The notes below the pieces were generated by a model. The model did not search any database and was not told the DNA's origin. It saw nothing but the letters and a program-made list of their open reading frames with translations. A stretch of 62,512 nucleotides of DNA, counting the filler, from Choristocarpus tenellus KU-1152 (lineage: Eukaryota; Protista; Phaeophyceae): the NCBI GenBank assembly GCA_964200185.2. It is 13 parts of 13 records of this genome, joined end to end, with 100 filler letters (N's around TTAATTAATTAA, not from the genome) between each part and the next. Parts side by side here need not be neighbours in the genome. Positions count along the whole stretch, not along the records: positions 1 to 2,997 come from CAXNAD020023048.1; positions 3,098 to 11,289 come from CAXNAD020005022.1; 11 more parts are not named here. One strand, 5' to 3'. Position 1 is the stretch's first letter. The number at the start of each line of letters is the position of its first letter. Both the position numbers and the translations under genes were made by a program. Below are positions 1 to 11,389 of this stretch, in pieces.

Positions 1-19
1 GTCTGTGTGGTGTTTGGGT

Positions 20-209
20 GGGCGGGGTGGGGGGGGGGGGGGGGGGGGGGGGTGGTGTGACGGCTGTTCATTTGGGGCCGATTTTTTCATGTCGTGATTG
101 TTGTGATATTTGGTTCCGTACGTTTGATGGATAATGAAAGTGCACCTTTCCTGGTTTTGGTTCAAATGGACACTCTGGTGTAGACCCCCCCCCCCAGATA
201 CTTTGGGTC
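20..209 (+). mobile_element. MITE family A copy (left end lost in poly-G)
   Basis: Internal sequence matches the other family A copies; right terminus CCCCCAGATACTTTGGGTC. Confidence 0.8.
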
Positions 210-304
210 CCCTGCCTGTGGATGTAGCACAACGGCCCTTTTCAACACTACCTGTCCTATCTATAGTAGGCAAGACCTCTCTCCTCAGGCGTCTCGTGGA
301 TGGT

Positions 305-317
305 GATAATAATAATG

Positions 318-355
<38 letters not shown>
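305..355. repeat. (AAT)n microsatellite
   Basis: Directly visible. Confidence 0.95.
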
Positions 356-373
356 TGCTCTTTAATAATAATT

Positions 374-466
374 GACCCAGAGCATTTCCGAGGGCAGGCG
401 TTTTGCCCTGTTTGTCCATTTGGGGCTTGGCTTCCCAAGTGTTTTTTATACCCATTTGTGTGTGTG

Positions 467-512
<46 letters not shown>

Positions 513-660
513 CACAAGCCAGTTACCTAAAAATGTATACGGCTGTGAGAGGTGTGTCCAGAGCAAGGGTATTGATGCTTGCTAACAAACAAGATAAGAG
601 CCTAATTGAATCAAAATTGCAACACTGGGTTTATGATCCCAAACGGACTTGACCCTACTC
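374..660 (+). mobile_element. Degenerate MITE family B copy with internal (GT)n expansion
   Basis: TTTTGCCCTGTTTGTCCATTTGGGGCTTGGCTTCCC...AAGGGTATTGA...ATCAAAATTGCAACACTGG matches family B; (GT)n at about 457-510. Confidence 0.8.
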
Positions 661-2786
661 TCTTTAATCGCCTCAACTCAGTTTGATCTTGTCTAAGCCT
701 TTGTCCTGGCCTTGTGTGCTCTGGTTCTTGCTGATCAATGATTTGAGTCAACATAGGCCAAGCTCCCTAGTCTACTCTGGCATGAGAGTGTGGACACGAT
801 AGCATCAGGGTGGAAGTTGGAGGAGGAGGAAGGGTGTTTGGACGATGGCACACATTCCTTCATGGAGGGACTCCGCCGATCCAGGTGTACACACAAGACC
901 CTAACCCTATGTCGCAGCTTGAATGAGTAGTGTAACACATGTTCAGCAGTGAAGAATTGGAGCTAGTTTAGTGAACACCTTATCGACTGCAGTATTCAAC
1001 CACTGACTACATGTATATATATGTGTGTGTATATATATTCTACAAAAGTATGTTGAAGTTGTCAGTGCAACATGACATGAAGCGGCCCTCTTGAGGGATT
1101 AAAAAGACACACACAGACATGGTCCGCGGATAGGCTACAGAGAGTTGGCACCACCATGGGTAACACAACTGTACATATGATGCCACCTTGAACAGAGTAC
1201 CTCCAGAGTCTTGGGGGTAGTGTTAAGCCCTCAATGGTGCTACTGCTATAGACCTTTGTGGAGTAACATCAGACAGCAGGTCTGACACCTCAAGTAACAC
1301 AACCTACTGTACCTTTCAACTGCATACATCTCCAACCCGTAAGAGACAATCAATGGTGCCCTGGAGAGAGAATTCTCTAGGAATGAGTTTGATTTCATAG
1401 GCGAAAGTCTCCTCAATCAACATTTGATAGGTGTGTTACAACACACTCCAGAACTCACCTCCACAGGATGTGCAACTCTAATCCAGTGACCTCAAAACGA
1501 CGCTACGAGGGTATTTCCTCAGGCGATAGTCACCTGGGGTGTCAGCCACTCTTCTCTCGATGCTTCAATCAGTGCCTAGCTCAATGCTCGATTTAATGTT
1601 TCACTCAAGATAAAAAGAGTAAAAGAGGTGCATTGGGTGGTCCCCAAAAGCACTCTTATATTTTCACCACCCACCTGTTTTCTACAGACAATAAAGTTAA
1701 AAGAATCTGCAAACTGCTCTATACATACTCCAATCATAAAAAAAATATTCTGCAAATTCTAGGGACTTTGACGTTTCTTCTGTAAGGTTACGTATGCATT
1801 TCGAATCTTACGCTGTATCTTCTAAGGAATCAGATTTATTATGTAAGGTCACCTATGTGCTACTAATCTCGTACACTGCTCGTGCTTTCTAGAACACAGG
1901 AATAAATGCACGCGCTATTCGCCTGTAACAGATGGACTATAGACAACACGGCTGAGGATTGACGCCTAGCAAAGGACCCAACCGTAGACTCTTTCAGGCT
2001 TTATTTGAATAATCGGAGCATCATGTAGTGGGAACAAGATTCCTCAACTGGACACAGTGCGTGTGTGTGTAATGTATTTTCAGATTTTGGATCGCCTATC
2101 CTTGCAGCAGTTGGAATAGATACTCCTTCACACATGACTGATCTTTTATGCCCCCCACAACCTACCCCTGACATCTTAGGACACTGTCAAATAGTCCTCT
2201 TCCTTTGGCCTCAAAAGGCAAGGAAGACCTATGTACTATAGCACCACCACCTACTGCATGTAGGGCGGGGGGAGGGGGACCGTTTCAATCACCTACAGAG
2301 TAAGTCCTTGAACAGAAATGTACTAAAAGAGGCAAGAGTTGAGCGCCCTTGTCTTCATAATCCAAGTGTATACCTTGTACCTCCCGCCCAATTCCCCAAT
2401 CATGGCTTTCAGTGTATCTACCATGTGGTTTTATGAGAATGACAGCATGTAGGTACCTCATCTCCCCCACGGTGAATAGACCTCAAAGGGTGACTTCATT
2501 TACCTTTGGCACTGGGCACATTGTTTCCGCCTACTACTAGCTGACTAGGAATACATGTACATATATGGAGCGCATTCGAAATGGGGGAGTAAGAGCCGTC
2601 CAATGGCATTCTTGCGGTTTACAGGGCAAGGTTGTAGTACTAGGGGTGAACTTCGAACTGAACCTCTATTTGTGTTCCTCTTTAACATATATTCTCATCA
2701 TCAAAAGAGTTACTCTCTGTCCCTCTTTCAATCTGAACACATTCATATCTAGTTCGCACTTAAGTCATTTTGGACAGGGCGACACA

Positions 2787-2936
2787 GGCTCAAAGTGCCT
2801 TGGGGGGGGTGGCGGCTGTCCATTTGGGGTCAATTTTTTTCATATCGCAATTTTTGAGTGATTTGGTTGCATATATCGGATGGATATTGTAAGTGCACTT
2901 TTCCTGGTTATGACCCAAATTGACACCCTGGTGTAG

Positions 2937-2989
<53 letters not shown>

Positions 2990-3120
2990 CCCCCCCCNNN
3001 NNNNNNNNNNNNNNNNNNNNNNNNNNNNNNNNNNNNNNNNNTTAATTAATTAANNNNNNNNNNNNNNNNNNNNNNNNNNNNNNNNNNNNNNNNNNNNCCC
3101 CCCCCCAGATACTTTGGGTC
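2787..3120 (+). mobile_element. MITE family A sequence on both sides of a spacer (possibly two copies)
   Basis: GGCTCAAAGTG-polyG start at 2787 runs into poly-C; after the spacer comes CCCCCAGATACTTTGGGTC. Flanks (ACA / TGA) do not match, so these may be different copies. Confidence 0.8.
2998..3097. other. Artificial contig-joining spacer (first of 12)
   Basis: Identical 100-nt spacer (44N-TTAATTAATTAA-44N, stops in all six frames) at 2998-3097, 11290-11389, 14309-14408, 18439-18538, 21440-21539, 29369-29468, 36114-36213, 42608-42707, 47191-47290, 50996-51095, 54358-54457 and 59530-59629. A separate 10-N gap lies at 53350-53359. Confidence 0.98.
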
Positions 3121-3960
3121 TGAGGAACAGTAATGTGGTTTCCGGTCCCAACGAACCACGGTGGATATTTTGCACACTCAACGTGCCCTTCGACACCTTA
3201 TCTAGAAAAAGCATGTTGCCCTATTCATGTGTTTGTCGATCTAGAGAAAGCTTATCAGTGTGTTGATCGTGATCTCCTTTGAGCTGTTCTGGCCAAATTT
3301 GACATACCTGATTTCTATCATCCGCCAATTCTATGATGGAATAAGGGCATGCATTCGCCTGGGTGATGGTGAGCGCGTTTGAGGTTGGAAAGGGCCTTCA
3401 GCAGGGATGCATTCTTGCTCCCACCTTCAATACACTCTTCATTGCAGTGGTTAGTGTAGCACTTAAGAGGTGCACCTCTGACCCGTCTATCTCCAAAGAT
3501 CTTGTTTTCATCAAGAGAGCGGTCACAATCCACCAGATCAGAGTAGTAGGAACACTGGGGAGTAAGATGACACTTGAGTTGGTCTTGTGGGGCATGCTTT
3601 ATGCTGATGATGCAGGGCATTGTCTCCAAGACCCGAGAAGGTTTGACCAGGAAGATGGATTGACCTTTCAGTCTGACCTTATCAGCACTCTAAAGACAGA
3701 GACCATGCGCCTTCCGCCTCCTAGTCAGGCTGCAGAATCTATCCAGATCCAGAAGCTCAACCAGACCTACGAGCAGAGTGGAAATTTTGTTTACCTTTCG
3801 AGAAAAATAGTGGTGATGCTGCTATTACTGCTGAGATCAGTCAGGGGATTCAGCAAGCTTGGATTTGTTTCCTCAATTTCAACCAATTGTTTTGTGATTG
3901 GGCCTCAAGTGTTTCACTTTGAGCTTAAGATTCGCATGCTCAATGCTGAAGAGTTGAAGC
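3121..3960 (+). mobile_element. Degenerate non-LTR retrotransposon (RTE-like LINE) reverse transcriptase fragment
   Basis: Motifs across frames: GFRSQRTTVD, FVDLEKAYQCVDR, IIRQFYDG, FEVGKGLQQGCILAP, MLYADDAG, GNFVYLS. Stops and frameshifts present. Confidence 0.85.
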
Positions 3961-3984
3961 TCTGTTATTTGTTCTCCAATGCTT

Positions 3985-5760
3985 CGATTTTATTGTTCAT
4001 TAGGCCAGGCAGAGACCGTATTGCCTCTGATGCCCTCTCTCGCCTCTTTAGAAGAATATCAAACGAACGCCAGCAACTCCTGCCCCTATTTGTAGGAATA
4101 TTCCGCAAAATGCCATGCCAAATACTTCAGCCCCACGTCAAGCACAAAAAAATTATCCAAATCGCCGTCATGAACTGGACGCCATGCAGAGTGTCCGTTA
4201 ACTTTTCAGTAGTTCAGTTAATATCTTCCCAACTTTGGACCATGTCAAATCTGTTCAGCACAAATGAATCAATTTTCCCTTTATTTTGCGTATTTCGAGG
4301 CCCCCAACTCGGCACCTTTACCTTCATGGGAGTATGTAGTATCATCTTTTTCTTGATGCTGAAACTAATTTGCTCTGCCAATTATATTTGCCAGACCACA
4401 TACACGCAGTGCTTTTCGGGGTCAATTTAGAGGTCCTAAAAGAATGATAATCCCTGGTCTTGCACGTTTGTCACGATCACCCTGGTTCGGGAGGTCACTT
4501 AGATCTTTTCCCAAACTCTGGACAAGGTACGAGACCGATACTGGTGGTCCATGTTGCAGAAAGATGTCAGAGACTGGTGCGAGAATTGTCAACTTTGCCA
4601 ACGACGAAAACCCTCTCATACTTGTCCTACCTTGCCTCAAGGACAACTTCACACCACTCGACCATTTGACTGGGTTGCTGTTGATCTTGTACAGTAAAAG
4701 ACCATTTCCCAGGGATACCAATATGTTCTTTCGGCTATCTGCCAATTGATATGCTTTGTTTTTCTCGTTCCTATTCCAGACAAAGAAGGAGTAACTATTG
4801 ACAAGACTTGATTAAAAGGATAGTTTCAATATTTGGTGCACCTGAAATTCTTCGCTCTGACCAAGATTCAGAATTTGAAAATGTACTTGTTCTGGAATTA
4901 CAATGTTTAGGTACCATATAACTAGTACCACAACCTCTACATCACAGGGTAACTCCGTTCTAGAGCGTGTCAGTTCAACTCTGCATCAAGTGTTATCCAT
5001 GTACAATAACATTGCAGAAAATATTTGGGTTACTGTTTTTTCATTCCTTCAACTTGCTCAAAATAATGGTGTACAATACCACATTACAATAAACTTTTTT
5101 TTTACCTTTGTTTTTGTGCGCCTTCCAACATTGCAGATAGACGTTATTTTCGGCCTATCCAAATCAAGAATATCCCAATGTAGTCAAGAGTTTACTCAAT
5201 CAACAGCTGAGAATCCACCGTTAGCTTTTGAATTAGCCCTCGCAATCTGGGAGAACAGAGTGCTTCCCCCATATTTCAGGTTGTAGCTCAAGTCTTGGTA
5301 GATCGGCCACACAATGACTGTGATGAACCTAACCCGAAAATGATTCACCCCTGGCGTGGATGTTTCACAGTAACTGCCAAAACTCCACTGTAGTCTACTA
5401 GGAATAAGGTGTCAAAGACACTCCCGTCCACTTGGCCCACTTGAAACATTATATGCTGAATACACAACCACCTGAGCCTGACATCACGAAGCTCAACGAT
5501 TTTTTCCTTGATCATACTTCGCCCTTACCGGACAGTAGTGGTTCTGAGTCCCCAATAACAATCGATTCTTCTATCATTGAAGTTATTGTGGGACGAAAAC
5601 TTGGCCGAGGACCTCGTTCGACTCTGAGAATATAGATTACGCATTAAACGTTTTGATCGTACCTCTAATGTATTCTATTGTCCACATGAACTGTCCCAAT
5701 AATCTGTAGAAATTATTTCTATTGTCAAACAACATCGTCTGGATACGTCTTCTAGTTCAA
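3985..5760 (+). mobile_element. Degenerate Ty3/gypsy pol 3' fragment (RNase H end, integrase, possible chromodomain)
   Basis: RPGRDRIASDALSRLF; zinc-finger region CHDHPGSGGH...RDRYWW...CENCQLCQRRK; QGNSVLERV; C-terminal IEVIVGRKLGRG. Nucleotide-similar to the element at 11390-14308. Confidence 0.85.
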
Positions 5761-6399
5761 ACATTACACCCTTGGTCAATGCTGGTTCTGTTCCATGAAA
5801 GTCATTTCTATGGCAATACTTGATTGGATCACATACTGCAGGTGAAATTTTTTGTGTTGCGAATTACGCGTGTGTTTCTTTCAATGATTCGAGGTTGCGT
5901 TATTCAATATATAGAGAGAGATACATTAACTAGATGTTTGCCCTCCCCTATATCAACATATCCCAAGTTAATTTTTCATATATGTACACTGACGTAAGGA
6001 GAAGACCACAGTTCATTTTTTCCAAACGACTCTTTCACGGTTGTTTTCTTCCTTCTTTTTTTTCCTTCCTTATTTTCTTTTTTTGTTTTTCTATGCCCCT
6101 TTTCTACATTTTTTTTAAAGGACTACTGTTTTGAGTTGAATAGTTGTTTCAGTCATCGTGCCAACTCCATCTCCGTCTTAACCTACGGTTTAAGACTGAC
6201 CTCCTTTACCCTACATTTATGTATGTATGTGTTCATGATTTATATGAGATCCTTTCCATCCTTAAACTCGCGATGCATCTTATTTTCTTCTATTGCAGGC
6301 AATATAATTGTACATATTCCGTTATGTTTGTTGGCTTTATTTCTTTATTCGTGTCTTCATATATTTTTATGTTTTTTTTTCCCTTTCCAACACTGTATA

Positions 6400-9300
6400 C
6401 CCCTTGCTGAGACTGGGACATCCATATGCTATGTTACTGAATCTGTATATGTAAGTATATATGCAATGTTAAACAGCTGTAATCCCATCACAATTTCTGC
6501 GCTCCCTGTTGTGATAGTTTTTTATACTCTCTTTTTGGTTATGTTGGAGAAGATGATCATTGAATTTGCCCTTGTTTCTCCTTCATGGAGTTACGTAGAA
6601 TTTCAAGCTACCACTAGCTAGCCCTTGCCCATGCCCTTTCATGTTGAAGGCTTGTCCAGACCCGGTCATATCTGATACATCGAAATCTTGATTTTTCCAT
6701 GTGTTCATATATGATTTATTTTCTCACCCATGATCAAGGCGTGAAGTGGCACAGGTTTGGTTGTTATCAAGTCTATATTAGTTATAAGTGTCAAGTAGAG
6801 GTGCCCTGACTCAGAAAATCTTATTGCTCTGCATCTCGCATACCATGCTAATATTTTTGTGTACACAATTGTCATGGCTGACAGTTTCCCTTGTTGAGAT
6901 ACTTTATTTACTTGCGATGTTCATGTCAGCTTCTTTCTGTACGCACACTTCCTCCATCTCAAATTGACACCTGTGTTCTTCTGGTATGGACATCAGGCCA
7001 CATAGGGGGGTGATGTGAGTCACCTTCCTGCCGAGGTATACCTTTAAAGGGCTCCTCCTGTAGAAGGTACACCTCAAGGTCTGTTTAATCGTATGACATC
7101 AACATTGCATTGGTTCCTGATGACGGTTTTTGAGGGGAGGTTAGAAGCCCCCTAGTTTACTTTCCCTGTTGACTCCTTCAATGAGCGACCTTCTGAGGGT
7201 TGCTCACCTTCCTGCCTTGTCTCTCTCTTTTCCTTTCCTTCAGTGGGTCTTCCTGTTTCCCTTCAGTCTGAAGAACCTGTCTGTCCGTTTCCAATTGTTT
7301 AATAGTAGGACAAATTTCTTTTGGCCTTATACTACAGGAGTTCCTACACAAACAGACAGTGGTATTATGTTCTTCAAAAGAACTTCATACATTTTCAAGA
7401 ACAGAAGAAAATGGTGCACACTTGACCATGTGATCCCTAGTACCATGTCTTCATCTTCCTCTTTGACCATCACGTTCATCGTTCGGAAGACTTTCGTCTC
7501 CTCCCTTATATTTCTTCCCCGATTGTCGCTCACCCTCCATCCTTGAGTGGATACTCGTGGCATAGGCAGGATGTTACGCGTAGGTACCATTCCATTCAGC
7601 CATCTTCCCGATTCTCCCTGGTAAGTCGGAGGTACATTTCTCTACCACTGATTCCACTTTAGGCAGATCTCGCATAGATTTTCCCCAAGTCTGACTCTCT
7701 CACTTGTCATACTATTTTGTTGTGCCATGGAGTGCTGATAGGTCCTCTCACCGTTGTTAATCAGTTGAAGTTGAGAGATATGTTGGAGAAGATACCACAG
7801 CTCATTTAAGAGCTTCGTAGTCCAAAGAGGGTGTGTGTGGTGAGTTATGCGAACACCAGCGGTAGAGAGTCCTTAGTGCCTAGTAGAAGGGCTCACTTTT
7901 TGAAGCTTAAGGGTTTGCTCTACTCAAGACCTTTAAATCCTGGTCGTGAGTTGTAAGGTTGACCAAGAAATCTGTGCTATCATCTGTTGATATGCAGGGC
8001 ATTTTCTGGAGACGTGTTCAAGCAAAATCAACTGCACAGGAATTTCGTCCTGCGTATCTCCGCTATCTACACCTTCCTATTCCCATCATTGAACCCTGCC
8101 GTCTGGGTCATAATTAATTTCTAGTCGTTGCACAATCGCTGTAGATGACCCTCGAGTACTTGAGTGAGGAGAAACCATAGATCTCTCCTCTTCTTCAAAT
8201 GGTTCCCATAAGCAACATGCTCCATGTCTGGCAACAGTGCTGTTAGTGCCAACAAACTGTTGTAAGGTTTGCCTGAGTTCAGCTAAACAAGGCGAAGGAA
8301 CTTCTTGTAAGAGCTGTGCAAAATACTAGTTAGGAGCCAGTCACAGCAACCCACACTCCATGCAGACTACGACAAAACAGTAGTAGTGCTTGCCTTCAGG
8401 GAGTGCAGGGTTGTCCTCCAACTTCTTCACATACTCCCCCAGTAGTGATTAAATCGAGATCTTTATATTTTGTCCTTTGAATGTATCACCATTTGGAAAT
8501 TGAAAATTAGGGTCCCTTACATTCCAATGAAAATTTGTCAACTTGAATTACACCCAGGTATAAAACACTGATAATGTCTCTGGATTTCTGATTCCGCTCC
8601 GATTTCTTGTTAAATTAAAACAAAGCTACTTCTCGAAGTAGTGCAAGAGGGTTAGAATAGCTTTCGCCATTCGTCTGCACGACTCTGTCGTCTCTGGTTT
8701 GGTGACAGAACAACACAAGTTCTTCCGCACAATCTTTGTTCACATCCTTGCTATGTACTGGACAGCAATGAACCAATTTCTCTGCTTCGAGTGCTTATAC
8801 ACCTTTGGTTCAAAGTCCTTGAGTGTGCGCAGCCTCAAAATGTTAATGTGTCAAATGATTTTTTTTTAATAAATGTAGATCAGAAGTTGCAGAATGTGTT
8901 TTTTCTTGTCGGTTTCATCTTGAGGCAATCAATTTGTTCTTATAAACAATATCCATAATCTCTCAAAGAATCTTGATGTTCCAATTTTTGGATCGATGTG
9001 CTCGAGCAAGACTCGCCATAGAACTTCGGAAGTCATTCTTATCGACACTGCGCATACCCTCCTGGTGCCTTCCAGCGGTGTTGGGTGCTTCAGAATCAAG
9101 TTTAGTTCTCTCCTTCTGCCTGCCCTGTATACTGCCCATTTGGCCTCCTCCAGCTGTGGACAGAAAATGCTCACCTTCATGTCCTGTCCATCCACCCTAC
9201 ACCAAACGTGTCCTTCCCCTCACCGCAGGCTCCTTCTGTGGTACCCTCACCATCTTTTCCTTCTTCCCCAGTCATCACCTCATTAGGATACCCAATACGG

Positions 9301-9500
9301 TTTCTCCTTTCCGTGCCTACCCCCAAGATGCCCTCCAGAGTACTAAGCAAACCCACGGATGTATGGCAATTGTTCATGTAGATTGTCCTCTGGGCTTTGG
9401 GGTCGTTTGTAGGCCATTGATAGTGTGAGGACGAAGCTTGTAGAGAGGCTTTGTTTTTCGTGATTTCTCCCATCTAACCGTGGAAGTATCTGTCTGCATC
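6400..9500 (-). mobile_element. Highly decayed retroelement-like sequence (possibly Penelope-like RT)
   Basis: Broken minus-strand ORFs with weak RT-like segments (EMYLRL at about 7620-7640; LSVCVGTPVV at about 7330-7360, resembling xGIPMG). No intact YxDD found; boundaries approximate. Confidence 0.25.
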
Positions 9501-9744
9501 AATCTCCTTGAAAACCTCAAACTGATTACCAAATAATATATCATTGCCAGCGGGCATAAACAACTCAAATTCGAAACTAAAGGAGATAGAGAATGGAGGA
9601 AGGGAGAGGAGATAATTTAGTCCGTGTTAGTTTCAGTTAGGGTATGAGGAAAGAGGGGCCAAGGTATGTACCATATATCTCACTTTGCACTTGCAGATAA
9701 GTGATGAGGGAAGATATACATACTCCTCAGTCCCATGAGTATGT

Positions 9745-10360
9745 TATTGTTATGGGCGAATCGTCGCCCTATTCCACAATGTGGAAGATACCTCTACCGC
9801 TGGGGACTACATGGAGGAGATTGGAAATATGAAATCACTATTGCTCAAGAGATATGAAGGGAAGAACCTTGACACACCCCAGACACATTGGTTGGAGTGG
9901 CGATCAACAGAGAGAAGACTGGTATCATAATGCATCAATAATTTTTTGCGGAGAGTATTATCGCCGAAGGCATGGGTTCAATGAAGGTACGGTCAACAGG
10001 ATTTACCATTGGAGCGAGGAATGGACTTGAAACCACAACGCGAGGATGAGGAGGAACTAGATCAAGAACGTTACCCCTATTTCACTATTTTGGGGAAAAT
10101 AATTTCTTCGCAGGAATGACACGACTGGATCTCTCCAGCTCTGTGAAAGAACTAGGTCACACTGCTTCATCACCATGCAGGCCGCACTAGAATGGACTGC
10201 AGTTTGTACTGCGTTACATTACAGGTCCTATTAATGTGGGGATACACTATCCCACTGAAGGAGAGAAAGAAAACAAAGGGGCCATCGTGTATGGAGACTT
10301 GGACTGGGCCAACAATCGGAGCGTTGTAAGATATCTACTCCGATTCAACGGAATGTTGAA
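9745..10360 (+). mobile_element. Degenerate Ty1/copia RT / RNase H fragment
   Basis: LLKRYEGKNLDTP...; AGMTRLDLSSSVKELG...LQFVLRYITGPINVGIHY...VYGDLDWAN (copia RT C-terminus and the RNase H DxDWA start). Confidence 0.8.
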
Positions 10361-10568
10361 ACCTGGGATTGAATCAATCGTGTTTTCTTATGCAGTGACA
10401 GACTAGTAGAGAAGGGGTGTCATAGTGCAGTGAAGTGCTGGTGATTTCATTTTGATAAACCTAATGACATGCTTGTGTATAGTCAGTGGCTATTTGGTAC
10501 AAAGTTGTGGGTATTCCTTGACACCAGCCTCTCCCACCGGTGACTCTAGTCCACGCCCACCTCAGTCA

Positions 10569-11279
10569 CCTCACATCGCAACCTTGCCCTAACTGTACCA
10601 GATACAACTGACAGTATTCTCCTTCACCTGCCCACACCCCCTCAACCTGAGCTGTGCCTTGGCCCTTTACCTCCACGCCCGCCTCCAACACCCCATCCTG
10701 TGCCCCAGCTGCCACACCCCAGCAACCCTGGAGCGTTAGTATGCTGATATGGAGAGGAGTGTGGGAATGAAAGTCGTGCTTGAATCCATCCGCACACAAT
10801 CGTCCTCTACCCCTTTCGTCATCCCACCTTTTCGCCTACTCTTCATCTCATGCCCTCACCCCCAGCCCCTTCCCCTTCTTCCCCTTCTTCCCCTCCCTAC
10901 CCCAGCTGCCTAGAGTTGCTCTTTCTGGACCATCAGGGCCCTCCCTTGTGGTTGCTCGCTCCACTCCACCTGCATGGTTAGGCGTTGTGAAGATGCAAAC
11001 CGCCCTTTCACATGCCCCCACCGCGGAACACACTTGCCCATCCCACCCTCTTCAATCACAGCTACACCTCCCTCACCAGTCAAAGATCCCACCCCCCTGT
11101 GAGCTTATAGCCCGTTTAAATAACGCCACTGCAGCCCAAATCCACCTTTTCTCGTCACACAACATTCCAGGCCAGAACATACATCCCACCCACCTCACGC
11201 TAGAGGCCAGGGCACCCCTTCCCCCCACATCCCAACCCACCCCACCCCCCCTCCACCTCCACACCTCCATCACCACCAC
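10569..11279 (-). CDS. Possible exons of an unknown gene (fragment)
   Basis: Two CTAAC...CAG branch/acceptor signals on the minus strand (about 10970 and 10728) with GTGAGG/GTGACT donors. No recognisable domain, and phases were not fully reconciled. Confidence 0.25.
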
Positions 11280-11389
11280 GATCCCCCCCNNNNNNNNNNN
11301 NNNNNNNNNNNNNNNNNNNNNNNNNNNNNNNNNTTAATTAATTAANNNNNNNNNNNNNNNNNNNNNNNNNNNNNNNNNNNNNNNNNNNN

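Noticed and set aside
134-585. ORFs with poly-N, poly-Y and CV/TH repeats
   Set aside because: Read-through of MITEs and microsatellites.
3042-3053. Recurrent TTAATTAATTAA palindrome
   Set aside because: Always centred in a 100-nt N spacer; an assembly linker, not biology.
3363-4430. 355-aa ORF as a functional gene
   Set aside because: Chance fusion of LINE and gypsy remnants that drifts out of the conserved frames.
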